Source: an uncultured Gemmatimonadaceae bacterium (GTDB taxonomy: Bacteria; Gemmatimonadota; Gemmatimonadetes; Gemmatimonadales; Gemmatimonadaceae). Taken from it: 64,000 bases of DNA. Shown one piece after another: positions 41,886 through 54,579 of this stretch. The stretch's first letter is position 1, and every line of letters begins with the position of its first letter. The stretch covers positions 63,493-127,492 of the forward strand of contig CAWHAS010000002.1 of NCBI GenBank assembly GCA_963827355.1, given 5' to 3'. The notes under the pieces are model-generated. The model was not told the DNA's origin. It did no database searches and worked only from the letters and a program-made list of their open reading frames with translations. Made by a program: the position numbers and the translations under genes.

Positions 41886-42021
41886 GCGTATTTGGTGGGT
41901 CCTTCTGAGGTGGCGCGAAGCGGTTAAACTATGATGGTGCATGGCCTTCTTCTTGCACCCGCACGCGCCTCGGCCTTTGCCAAGTTATCCTTACAATCGT
42001 ACCTCCGCCACAGGCCTCGTC

Positions 42022-42834
42022 ATGAAGAGGATTCGCTTGCAGGACGACGAACCATCCATCGGCGGCATCGCTGCCGGCGTCACCCTCGGCGCGCTCGCTG
42101 GATTCGTCGTCGGAATCGTGGTCGCGCAAAAAGTCGGCGGCCTGGCAGGACTCTCCGCGAGCATTCGTGAACGTTTCGATACGCTCACACATCGTGGTGG
42201 CGACGACACGGAGTCGTCGGACGACGAGGAGTTCGAGGCGGGCGACGCGACCGACGAGTACGACGATGATCGTGAGAGCGACGACGATCTCGAGGAGTTC
42301 GACTCCGACTCCGAGGTCAATGAAGCACTCGAAGAGAGTGTGCTTCGCGCCTTCCGCCGCGATGCGGTGTTGAGCGAGCGCGCGATCGACATCGGCGCGA
42401 TCGGTGAGGGCATCATCGAGTTGTCCGGCTGGGTGGAGACGCGCGAGGAGTCAGATCACGCGATGGCGGTGACTCGCAAGGTGCCTGGCATCATCACGGT
42501 GGTCAGTCGCTTGTTCATCGGTGCTGATGAGGAGGACGCGTCGGATCTCGATGAGGACGAAATCGACGAGAGCGCACCGATGCCCGGCGGCGTGTGGGAA
42601 GGCCAGCGCGTCGGCACCGGGCGCCGGCGCCAGGGAAACTCGGGCGAGGTCGATCGGCACGCCGATCCGAAGCCCGTGCTCGAGAACAAGTGGCTCGATG
42701 AAGACCACGCGCTCGACGAGGCGGCAGGCCCCGTCGAGGGAATCGCGGAGCGTCGTCGCTCCCGCAAGGGGAAGGTTGCCGACAAGCCCGCGAGCTCGAA
42801 TGGCGACGATTCCGGAGTGTCGTCTCCGGGCTGA
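42022..42834 (+). CDS. BON-domain membrane protein with long acidic low-complexity regions
   Basis: MKRIRLQDD.., a TM helix (IAAGVTLGALAGFVVGIVVA), Asp/Glu-rich tracts, and a BON-like core (SVLRAFRRDAVLSERAIDIGAIGEGIIELSGWVETREESDHAMAVTRKVPGIITVVSRL). Confidence 0.5.
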   Translation: MKRIRLQDDEPSIGGIAAGVTLGALAGFVVGIVVAQKVGGLAGLSASIRERFDTLTHRGGDDTESSDDEEFEAGDATDEYDDDRESDDDLEEFDSDSEVNEALEESVLRAFRRDAVLSERAIDIGAIGEGIIELSGWVETREESDHAMAVTRKVPGIITVVSRLFIGADEEDASDLDEDEIDESAPMPGGVWEGQRVGTGRRRQGNSGEVDRHADPKPVLENKWLDEDHALDEAAGPVEGIAERRRSRKGKVADKPASSNGDDSGVSSPG

Positions 42835-42917
42835 CGTTGGGTCGATCGCGCACCGAGCATCGCACAAGCGAGCGGGCCGCCAACGCGGCCCGTTCATCAT
42901 CCGGTTAGTTTTTTCGC

Positions 42918-45653
<2,736 letters not shown>

Positions 45654-45666
<13 letters not shown>

Positions 45667-46982
45667 TCGCTCTCCTCGCACTGTTCGCCTGCGCGCAGCA
45701 GGGTTTCCCGCCCGGTGGTCCGCCGGACAAGGATCCGCCCAAGCTCCTCAAGACCGCTCCCGATACGGGCGCGCGCAACGTCACAGCGAAGGAAGTGGAC
45801 TTCCAGTACGACGAGGTGCTCACGGAGCGACCGGCGGGCGCCAGCTCGCTGGACGCGCTCGTGCTCATCTCGCCGCGCGATGGCGCACCGCGCGTCGGTT
45901 GGCACCGCACGCGCATCTCCGTGCGCGGGCACAAGGACTGGAAGCCGAACACCACGTACACCGTGGAGATTCTTCCGGGGATCTCGGATCTGCGCGGCAA
46001 CGCCGCGAAGCAGGGATTCAATTTGGTGTTCTCGACCGGTCCGGAGATCGCGGGCAAGTCGATATCGGGTGTCATCTTCGACTGGCCTGCGGGCCACTCG
46101 GCGCCGAACGCAATCGTCGAAGCGGTTTCGCATCCCGACAGCACCGTGTACATCGCGAGAGCGGATTCCATCGGGCGCTTCTCGATCATTCACATGCCGC
46201 CGGGATCGTTCACCGTGTTCGGATGGATCGACGCCAACAACAATCACGATCGCGATCAGCACGAGGCGCAGGACTCGGCCACCGTTACGCTCCGGGACAC
46301 CGCCAGCGTCGAGCTGCTGACGTTCATCCACGATTCGATCGGCCCGCACATCGTCACGGTGGAGGTGCGCGACTCGCTGACCATCCACGCCACCTTCGAC
46401 AAGCCCGTAGATCCGAAGCAGCCGTTCGACAGTGCGCACATCATTTTGCACGCCTCGGATTCCTCGCTCGTGCCGCTCAAGTCGATCGTCTCAGCGCGCG
46501 AGATCGACAAGCAGCGCAACGATTCGGTCGCCCGTGCCGATTCGATCCGCGCACGAACCGATACGGCATTCCGGCGCCAGTATCAGGCATCGCATCGCGT
46601 GCCGACGGATACGTTGCAGCGGAACGCGATGCGCCGTGCAGCCGCGCTGGCGACAATGCTACCGAGCAAGCCAGTTCCGATCTCGGACGTTCTCATCAAG
46701 GTGGGATCCCCGCTCAAACCGGGCGCGCAGTACAAGCTGGAGTCGCGCGATCTCCACAACCTGATGGGCGTCGCGGCGAATTCCGTTCGCACGTTCGATG
46801 TGCCCAAGCCGCAGCCGCCGCCTCCGCCGCCGAAAAACGGTGCGGCGCCGAAGAGTGGAAAGCCCGGCCCGCCGGTCGCTCGAACTGACAGTGCTCGAGC
46901 GGACAGCGCGCGCGCAGACAGCGCGCGCGCGAAGCCGGCCGTGCCCCTGCCGGACACCACACGCAAGCAGCCGCCCACATGA
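45654..46982 (+). CDS. Lipoprotein with Ig-like domains, Pro-rich and DSARA-repeat tail
   Basis: GTG 45654 follows AAGGA. The signal and lipobox are VRRLIALLALFAC. PPDKDPPKLLKTAPDTGARNVTAKEVDFQYDEVL is typical of bacterial Ig-like (Big_5/SbsA-type) lipoproteins. The C-terminus reads PKPQPPPPPPKNG..ARTDSARADSARADSARAKP. Confidence 0.55.
46887..46931 (+). repeat. 15-bp tandem repeat x3 inside the lipoprotein gene (encodes DSARA x3)
   Basis: GACAGTGCTCGAGCG / GACAGCGCGCGCGCA / GACAGCGCGCGCGCG. Confidence 0.8.
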
Positions 46983-47557
46983 CCGCGCTCCGACCCGCCC
47001 TCTTTCTCGATCGTGACGGCACGATCAACGTCGACACCATTCACGTATCGCGCGCCGACAACGTGCGCCTGATACCCGGCGCCGCCGCCGCGATCGCACG
47101 CATCAATGCGGTGGGGATGCCGGTGATCGTCGTCTCGAACCAATCGGGAATCGGACGTGGCCTCTTCACCGTGGATGAATACGAGCGGGTTCGTGCGCGC
47201 ATCGAAGAGCTGCTCGCGGCGGGGGACGCACACGTGCTCGCGACGTACTACTGCCCGCATGCCCCGGAGATCGCGCCCGCGTGCGACTGTCGCAAACCGG
47301 GCGCTGCGCTCTACCGGCAAGCGGCCGCGGATCATGACATCGATCTCGCACGATCATGGTACGTGGGCGACCGGATTCGCGACATCCTGCCCGCGAAACT
47401 CTTTGGCGGGCACGGCATTCTCGTGCCGCGTGACACGACTCCCGGAGGCGACGTCGTCGCCGCGCGGGACGGCTTCGCGATCTCCACCAGTCTCGATTCT
47501 GCGGTGAATAGAATTCTGGCCGCTCTCCCTCTATCTAGCCCGCCCCAGGCCGGGTAG
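46979..47557 (+). CDS. gmhB: D-glycero-D-manno-heptose 1,7-bisphosphate phosphatase (HAD-IIIA)
   Basis: LFLDRDGTIN, VVSNQSGIGRG, CDCRKPG and YVGDRIRDI motifs. The ATG overlaps the upstream stop (ATGA at 46979-46982). Confidence 0.75.
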   Translation: MTALRPALFLDRDGTINVDTIHVSRADNVRLIPGAAAAIARINAVGMPVIVVSNQSGIGRGLFTVDEYERVRARIEELLAAGDAHVLATYYCPHAPEIAPACDCRKPGAALYRQAAADHDIDLARSWYVGDRIRDILPAKLFGGHGILVPRDTTPGGDVVAARDGFAISTSLDSAVNRILAALPLSSPPQAG

Positions 47558-47566
47558 ACTGAACGA

Positions 47567-48271
47567 ATGTCGACCCGCCTCGCCGTGCTCGCGTCCGGTC
47601 GCGGTTCCAACCTGCGCGCGCTGCACGAGTACCTGTCGCGCTCCGGACGCGACTCGCTCGCTCATTTGGCGCTCGTGCTCTCCGACCACGCGGACGCCGG
47701 CGCGCTCGCTTACGCGCGCTCACGCGACATTGCCTTTGCCACGATCGACGGCGGCACGCTCGGCGGCGACCGCCTGCTCGCCCAGCTCGGCTCCCATCGC
47801 ATCGACATCGTGGTTCTCGCGGGCTACATGCGTCTCGTCCCCGAGGTGGTCGTGAACGCCTATCGCGGACGAATCGTGAACGTCCATCCGGCGCTCCTCC
47901 CGTCATTCGGCGGACGCGGCATGTACGGCACGCGCGTGCACGCGGCCGTAATCGCCGCCGGCGCGCGCGTGTCGGGCGCGACGGTGCATTTCGTGGATGA
48001 GCGCTACGACCACGGCGCGATCATCGCGCAGTGGCCCGTGCCCGTGCTCTCCGGCGACACCCCGACCGCGCTCGCCGCGCGCGTCCTTCGCGTCGAACTT
48101 GCGCTGTATCCGCCGGCGGTCGTCGCCGTGGCGCAATCGCGCATCTCACTGGACTCGGCCGGTCGCGCCACGCACATGCATCTTCCAAAACTGGACGATG
48201 CCGCGTTCGTGCTCGATGCTCTCGACGACGCCGCGCTGCGCACCGCCCTCGGCATCGCGTTGTCCGCCTGA
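47567..48271 (+). CDS. purN: Phosphoribosylglycinamide formyltransferase
   Basis: LAVLASGRGSNLRAL, VLAGYMRLV, and NVHPALLPSFGGRGMYG..GATVHFVDERYDHGAIIAQ. Confidence 0.9.
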   Translation: MSTRLAVLASGRGSNLRALHEYLSRSGRDSLAHLALVLSDHADAGALAYARSRDIAFATIDGGTLGGDRLLAQLGSHRIDIVVLAGYMRLVPEVVVNAYRGRIVNVHPALLPSFGGRGMYGTRVHAAVIAAGARVSGATVHFVDERYDHGAIIAQWPVPVLSGDTPTALAARVLRVELALYPPAVVAVAQSRISLDSAGRATHMHLPKLDDAAFVLDALDDAALRTALGIALSA

Positions 48272-48290
48272 TTCACTTCTTCCCTTCGGT

Positions 48291-49826
48291 ATGCCTCGCG
48301 CTCTCATATCCGTTTCCGACAAGACAGGCGTGGCCGAGCTGGCGGGCACCCTCACTTCGCGCGGCTGGGAGATCGTCTCGACGGGAGGCACCGCACGCGC
48401 ACTTCGAGAGGCGGGAATCGCCACGAAGGACGTCGCCGACATCACCGGTTTCCCGGAGATGCTCGACGGACGAGTGAAGACGCTGCACCCCGCGGTGCAC
48501 GGCGGCCTTCTCGCGCGCCGAGACGAGCCCGAGCACATGGAGGCGCTCGCGTCGCACGACATCACGCCAATCGATCTCGTGGCGGTGAATCTGTATCCGT
48601 TCCGCGAAACCGCGGCCCGACCGAACGTGCATCCCGCGGAGGTCATCGAGAACATCGACATCGGCGGCCCCTCGATGCTCCGCTCGGCCGCAAAGAATTT
48701 CGCGTCGGTGTACGTCATTGTCGACCCCGCCGATTACGGCGGGGTGCTCGCCGCGCTCGAAGCCGGAGGCGATGACCTGGATCTGCGCCGGCTCCTCGCC
48801 GAGAAGACGTACGCGCACACCGCTTCGTACGATGCGGCGATCGCCCGCTGGTTCGCGACGCAGCGCGGTGAGCGCTTCCCCGAGATCGTGCCGCTCTCCT
48901 TCGAGCGCGCGCAGTCGCTGCGCTATGGCGAGAACCCCGGACAGGAAGCCGCATTCTACGTCGAGCATCGGGGAGCGGGGCTCGCCTCGCTCGTGCAGCG
49001 CGGCGGCAAGGAGCTCAGCTTCAACAACCTGCTCGATCTCGAGGGGGCGCTTCTCGCCAGCGACATGCTCGGGGACGGGGCGCCATGCTGCGCGATCGTG
49101 AAGCACACATTGCCCTGCGGGCTCGCGGTGGCGCCGACGGCACTCGAGGCGTACCAGAAGGCATTCGCGTGTGATCCGCAGTCGGCGTTCGGCAGCGTGA
49201 TCTCCTTCAACGTGCCCGTGGATGAGAAGCTCGCCGACGTGATCTCGAGTCTCTTCGTGGAGTGTCTCGTCGCGCCGTCGTTCAGCGCGGCCGCGATCGA
49301 GATCCTCGGTCGCAAGAGGAACCTGCGCGTGCTCGAGGGCCACGCGACGTGGCCCGCGGGCGCGCTCGACTACAAGCGCGTGCGAGGCGGCGTGCTCGTG
49401 CAGGACCGCCCGTCGATCGATCACAGCCTGCAGAGCTGGAACGTGGTTACGAAGCGCTCGCCAACCGACGCCGAGCGCGACGATCTTCTGTTCGCGTGGC
49501 GCGCGGTTGCGAGCGTGAAGTCGAATGCGATCGTGCTCGCGCGCGACGGCGCGACGATCGGGATCGGCGCTGGCCAGATGTCGCGCGTGGACGCGAGCTT
49601 CCTCGCGGTTCACAAGGCACGCACCACCGGCTTCGATCCGGCGGGCTCCGTGCTCGGCTCCGACGCCTTCTTCCCGTTCCGCGACGGCGTCGATCACGCC
49701 GCGGAGGCTGGCGTCACCGCGATCATTCAGCCGGGTGGATCCGTGCGCGACGCCGAGGTGATCGCCGCAGCGGACGAGCGCGACATTGCGATGGTCTTCA
49801 CGGGCTCGCGACTGTTTCGGCACTAG
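48291..49826 (+). CDS. purH: Bifunctional AICAR transformylase / IMP cyclohydrolase
   Basis: MPRALISVSDKTGVAELAGTL..STGGTARAL..ITGFPEMLDGRVKTLHPAVHGGLLARR.., C-terminal ..IQPGGSVRDAEVIAAADERDIAMVFTGSRLFRH. Intact. Confidence 0.95.
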   Translation: MPRALISVSDKTGVAELAGTLTSRGWEIVSTGGTARALREAGIATKDVADITGFPEMLDGRVKTLHPAVHGGLLARRDEPEHMEALASHDITPIDLVAVNLYPFRETAARPNVHPAEVIENIDIGGPSMLRSAAKNFASVYVIVDPADYGGVLAALEAGGDDLDLRRLLAEKTYAHTASYDAAIARWFATQRGERFPEIVPLSFERAQSLRYGENPGQEAAFYVEHRGAGLASLVQRGGKELSFNNLLDLEGALLASDMLGDGAPCCAIVKHTLPCGLAVAPTALEAYQKAFACDPQSAFGSVISFNVPVDEKLADVISSLFVECLVAPSFSAAAIEILGRKRNLRVLEGHATWPAGALDYKRVRGGVLVQDRPSIDHSLQSWNVVTKRSPTDAERDDLLFAWRAVASVKSNAIVLARDGATIGIGAGQMSRVDASFLAVHKARTTGFDPAGSVLGSDAFFPFRDGVDHAAEAGVTAIIQPGGSVRDAEVIAAADERDIAMVFTGSRLFRH

Positions 49827-49922
49827 CGCGCTCGTTGCCTCGGGCTGGCGCGCGGATCATTCTGCACGCCTAGCCTGGGCCGGCGATATCGCCCGCGGCC
49901 GCGCGATTCCACACCCGAGCAT

Positions 49923-52191
49923 ATGCCACCGAAGAGTACCGATCTCGACTACCGTCCGTCCTATCTGGCCGCGACGCTCACCTCGCTCGCCGTGTTCGTG
50001 CTGTACTGCGCGACACTGGCGCCGTCCACCGCGATGTGGGACACGAGCGAGTACATCTCGGCTGCGTATGTGCTCGGCCTTCCGCACCCGCCCGGGAATC
50101 CGCTGTTCGTGCTCATCGGCCGCGTCTTCTCGATTCTGCCGCTCGGGAGCATGCACGTCGCCACGAAGATCAATATTCTCGCGGCGCTCACGAGCGCCAT
50201 CTCGGCCGGCATGTGGTTTCTCGTCACCGAGCGCATCCTCGAGGATGGCTCGCTGACCGGTGGCAGCGGATCGTCGGGGGAGCGCTGGCCGCGGTGATCG
50301 GTGCGACGGCGTTCACCGTGTGGAATCAGTCGGTGGTGAACGAGAAGGTGTACACCGTCTCGCTGATGGGACTCGCGATCATTCCGTGGCTGACGGTGCG
50401 CTGGTCGGACGATCCCGATGGGCCCTACGCGGACCGGCTGCTCGTCATCATCGCCTATCTGCTGGGCCTCGGCTACGCAAACCACATGATGGGCTTTCTC
50501 GCGGGACCCGCGGTCGTCGTCGCGGTGGTGGTGCGTCGCCCGCACACGTTGCTGCGATGGAAGCTGATCGCGGCGAGCGTCGGTGCCCTGCTGCTCGGCA
50601 TGACGCCCTTCCTCACGCAGCCCATTCGCGCGGCGCACTTCCCCGCGATCAACGAAGGCGAGCCTACGACGTGGGCATTGTTCTGGTACAACTTCAATCG
50701 TGGGCAGTACGGCAAACCGTCGCTGTTCGACCGTCAGGCGCCGTTCGTCGAGGGACAGCTCGGAATGTACTGGCTGTACTTCCGTTGGCAGTGGTTGCGC
50801 GACGTCAAGGATCACTGGCCGAACCTGCAGCGGATCCTCGGCGCGCTCTACATGCTGCTCGGCCTGATGGGCGGATGGGTGCACTGGAAGCGCGATCGCA
50901 AGTCGTTCTGGTACTTCGGCACGTTCATGCTGACGCTGACCGTCGTGCTGATCTACTATCTCAACTTCAAGTACGGACACTCGCAGTGCCTCGCGCTGGG
51001 AAATCCGCCGGACATCAACTGCGAGGTCCGCGACCGCGACTACTTCTTCATCTGTTGCGTTCTCGGCCTGGGGAGTGTGGACCGCGCTGGGAATGATCTA
51101 CATTTGGGAGGGGATCGCATCGCTGTTCGGCAGTGAACAGGTGAAGGTCGGCCGCGAGACCATTCGAGCTCCCGAAACGGCAGTCGTGGATCTACTCGTC
51201 GTGGATCCTTGCGTTCGCGCTCATTCCGCTGTTCACCAACTGGAAGGAGGCCTCGCGCGCGGGGCAGACCGACACCTTTGCTTTCGCGCACGACCTGCTC
51301 GACTCCGTCGAGCCGTACGGCGTACTGATTACCGCCGGTGACAACGACACCTTCCCGCTCTGGTATGCGCAGGAGGTCGAGGGCGTTCGCAAGGATGTGC
51401 TCGTGCTCTGCACGTCGCTGCTGAATACGGATTGGTACGTGCGACAGCTGATTCGACGACCGGTCTATCCGTACGATGCCGCGAAGGGACCCGCGGTGTA
51501 TCGCGGGCGCGAATGGCCGATGCCGAAGGGACCGCCGTTGCACATGACGACCGTTCAGGCGGATAGCATCCCTGAATATCAGGAAGTTCGACAGGCGCAG
51601 CTGTTCAAGAAGGGGACAATCGAGGCGACGATCAAGCCGCAGGTGCTCGCGAAGGCGGACATTGTCGTGCTGCTCATGATCAAGGATGACTACCCGAGCC
51701 GCCCCTTCTATTTCAGCCGCACGGCTGGCGGGTATCCGCAGGAGGTGCTGGGACTCGGCCAGTACCTGTTGATGCAGGGACTCGCCCGCAAGCTTGTTCC
51801 GAACACGCCCACACCCGGTCAGGATACGGTACTGTTGCAGGGCGAGGGATTCGTGGATGTTCCGCGCACGCGCGATCTCTGGAACAACGATTTCCTCGGA
51901 GCGCAGGCGGTCATCAAGCGCGCGCTCTGGGTGGACAACGCGTCGGTTGGAATACCGTACATTTACATCACGACGTCGGTGGATCTGGCGGACATTGCGC
52001 AGCAGCGCGGAGATACTGCCGAGTCGAAAAAGCTCATGGATACCGCCCGGCAGCTCGCGGAAGCGACGGATCTCACCCGACTTTTCAATCCCGCTGTTGC
52101 GCCGGCGGCGCCGGCAGCTCCCGCGGTGCCGCTTGGCATCGACAGCGCTGGAGTGAAAATGAAGGACACGGGTGCACACCCACGCAAATGA
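49923..52191 (+). CDS. DUF2723 (GT117-like) polytopic membrane protein, frame broken at least 3 times
   Basis: TAMWDTSEYISAAYVLGLPHPPGNPLFVLIGRVF is the DUF2723 signature. The protein continues collinearly through ORFs 49923..50297, 50036..51136, 51075..51341 and 51397..52191. Shifts occur near 50250, 51050 and 51180-51200. Confidence 0.7.
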
Positions 52192-52219
52192 GCCGGAATG
52201 GCGCCGGCACGCGGCGGCA

Positions 52220-52531
52220 ATGACCGATCCGGCCAGCGAGCGCTACGAGGAAACCGCGGCCTTTCGCGCCGACTTGGCGGCTGTGGGGGACGCGTTGCGG
52301 GAGGGCAGAAGTTCTCCCCGCTTCGATCCACGGATGATGCGCGAGACCGTGCGCACCTGCGCGGTACACGCGCGACTGGGCAAGTGTCCACCCGAGAGGC
52401 TCATGCGCGCTCTCAAGGCGCTCGTTCGTGAGGTCGCCATTGAGGACGACTCGGATGCGTACCGGGTGGTGTACACCGACCGCGTGATTGCCTGGGCGAT
52501 CGAGAGCTACTACGAGCTTTCCGATCGTTAG
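52220..52531 (+). CDS. Hypothetical protein
   Basis: ORF 52172..52531. ATG 52220 (MTDPASERYEE..) avoids overlap with the upstream gene. No family was recognised. Confidence 0.35.
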   Translation: MTDPASERYEETAAFRADLAAVGDALREGRSSPRFDPRMMRETVRTCAVHARLGKCPPERLMRALKALVREVAIEDDSDAYRVVYTDRVIAWAIESYYELSDR

Positions 52532-52704
52532 CGCTGGTTTCCCACGCTAGACAGCCCGAGTGCGGCTCTCGTCTCACGAAGCGGCTTCGGCGCGAGCTCG
52601 CAAGCGGGCACTGGTGGTCTGTGGGCACCGGTGTACGCTTAGGAAGGAGGACGAGCGTACACGGGGCCGTCGTCGCTCACCTCCCTCCCGAGTCATGGGT
52701 CGCA

Positions 52705-54075
52705 ATGAACACCCCGCAATTCGCTAAAAAGCTCCGGCTGAGCATTGCGATACCTATAGCGCTGCTCGTAGCGCTGGCCGCCGTGTCGTATCGAAGTATC
52801 CGCGAATCGTCGACCGCGTCCTCGTGGGTCCGTCACACGAACGAGGTGATGGGCGAGCTATCGGCGCTCCTGCTGGCGCTTCAGGACGTCGAGACCGGGA
52901 GCCGCGGATTCGCGCTCGTGGGAGAAAGCAGCTTTCTCGCTCCCTACGAGAGCGGTCGCGTGAGGGTCCCCGTACATTTGAACGCGCTCGCGCGGCTGAC
53001 GGTGGACAATGCGGCCCAGCAGCTACGGGTTCACCAATTGACGGCGCTCATCGATACCGAAGTGCAAGTCGAAGCGGAGCTAATCGAGATTCGCCGCCGC
53101 AAGGGAGCAGGGGCGGCAGCCGCTCGAGTCGCTGGCCGAGAGGGTCTGCATTCGATGGACGCGATCAGGGCGCTCGTCCGCGAGATGGAGACGGATGAGG
53201 TGCGGTTGCTTGCAGCGCGCCAGGCGACTGTTGACGCAATTTTCCGGCGAATGACTCTCGCCCTGGCGATTGGCGTCGTCGTAGTCGGCGCGCGAATGGT
53301 ATCAGACAATAGACGGCTGCAGCGAACACTCGCGGAGACTCAGATCCATCAGGAGATCGCCGGGGCGCACGCGAAACAGGTTGGAGTCATCAACCAGGAG
53401 CTCGAGGCGTTCAGCTACTCCGTGTCTCACGACCTTCGCGCTCCGCTTCGACACATCAACGGTTACGTGGAGATGCTCCAGCGCGACACGGCTGGCCAGC
53501 TATCGGAGAAATCGGGGCACTATCTCGCGACGATCAACGAGTCCAGTCTGGAAATGGGCAGATTGATCGATGACTTGCTCGCCTTCTCGCGCGTGGGCAG
53601 GGCGGAGATCAAGGCCTCCTCGGTCTCGCTGGATGAGGTCGTGAAGGACGCCATCCGTGGGCTCGAGATGTCGACGCGAGACCGCCATATCGAATGGCGG
53701 ATAGCACCCCTCCCCCGAGTGATCGGCGATCCAGCGTTGCTCAAGCAGGTGCTCGCAAACCTCATTGACAACGCGCTCAAGTACAGTCGGACTCGCGATC
53801 CAGCAACGATCGAGATCGGGACTAGTGGCAGGGATGGAAACCGGGCGTCGCTTTTCGTTCGAGACAATGGCGTCGGTTTCGACATGAAGTACGTGCAGAA
53901 GCTTTTTGGTGTGTTCGAGCGACTGCACGCGGCCGAGAGTTTCGAGGGCACCGGAATCGGGCTCGCGACCGTGCGTCGCATCATCACGCGCCACGGTGGC
54001 CGCGTGTGGGCGGATGGCGCTGTGGATACCGGCGCGACCTTCCACTTCACGCTGGAACTGTCACCCAATGTGTAG
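52705..54075 (+). CDS. Sensor histidine kinase with CHASE3 domain
   Basis: A TM helix is followed by SSWVRHTNEVMGELSALLLALQDVETGSRGFALVGESSFLAPY (CHASE3 hallmark). The H-box is SYSVSHDLRAPLRHINGY, the N-box LIDNALKYS, and G1/G2 are DNGVGF / GTGIGLATV. Confidence 0.85.
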   Translation: MNTPQFAKKLRLSIAIPIALLVALAAVSYRSIRESSTASSWVRHTNEVMGELSALLLALQDVETGSRGFALVGESSFLAPYESGRVRVPVHLNALARLTVDNAAQQLRVHQLTALIDTEVQVEAELIEIRRRKGAGAAAARVAGREGLHSMDAIRALVREMETDEVRLLAARQATVDAIFRRMTLALAIGVVVVGARMVSDNRRLQRTLAETQIHQEIAGAHAKQVGVINQELEAFSYSVSHDLRAPLRHINGYVEMLQRDTAGQLSEKSGHYLATINESSLEMGRLIDDLLAFSRVGRAEIKASSVSLDEVVKDAIRGLEMSTRDRHIEWRIAPLPRVIGDPALLKQVLANLIDNALKYSRTRDPATIEIGTSGRDGNRASLFVRDNGVGFDMKYVQKLFGVFERLHAAESFEGTGIGLATVRRIITRHGGRVWADGAVDTGATFHFTLELSPNV

Positions 54076-54099
54076 GACAACGATTACCACGAGGTCGTC

Positions 54100-54549
54100 A
54101 TGCCGCTAAGGCGCCTGCTTCTTGTCGAGGACAGCCCGCGAGACGCGGAGCTCATACTCGATGCGCTCGCCACCCAACATCTCGCCAACGAGGTCGTACA
54201 CGTGCGCGATGGCGCAGAGGCGCTGGACTACCTGTTTCGTCGCGGAACTTTCGCAGGTCGATCCGACGGCGAGCCGGCGCTGATGCTCCTGGATCTCAAG
54301 ATGCCGAAAGTCGACGGGATGGAGGTGTTGCGTCAGATCAAGGCGGACGTCGGCTTGCGGGTCATTCCCGTCGTGATGATGACCTCCTCGCGCGAGGAAC
54401 AGGATCTCATGCGCAGCTATCAGCTCGGCGCGAACGCCTACGTCGTGAAGCCGCTGAAATTCAGCGAATTCATGGATGCCGTGAAGCAGGTTGGTGCATT
54501 CTGGGCGATCCTGAACGAATCGCCGCCGGGGAGCGTCCAGCGGAACTGA
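54100..54549 (+). CDS. Single-domain response regulator (CheY-like receiver)
   Basis: LLLVEDSPRDAEL.., phospho-acceptor LMLLDLKMPKVDG, MMTSS, and YVVKP. Confidence 0.88.
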   Translation: MPLRRLLLVEDSPRDAELILDALATQHLANEVVHVRDGAEALDYLFRRGTFAGRSDGEPALMLLDLKMPKVDGMEVLRQIKADVGLRVIPVVMMTSSREEQDLMRSYQLGANAYVVKPLKFSEFMDAVKQVGAFWAILNESPPGSVQRN

Positions 54550-54579
54550 CCCTCGAGCATCAGCGCGCAGATGGCTCGA

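Noticed and set aside
39951-41927. 658-aa plus-strand ORF
   Set aside because: It is antisense to thrS, which carries unambiguous class II synthetase motifs. Long antisense ORFs are expected at this GC content.
46887-46931. Short GC-rich tandem repeats as a possible CRISPR or VNTR locus
   Set aside because: There are only three 15-bp units with no spacers, and they lie in frame inside a coding region (DSARA x3). No CRISPR-like repeat-spacer array exists anywhere in the window.
48273-49823. 516-aa minus-strand ORF
   Set aside because: It is antisense to purH. It is Arg/His/Glu-rich and has no recognisable domain.
54438-54579. Apparent 112-nt overlap of the hybrid kinase ORF with the response-regulator gene
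   Set aside because: The ORF tail is out-of-frame read-through after a frame break in the receiver domain. The in-frame C-terminus (..ELLDAS) stops at 54580.
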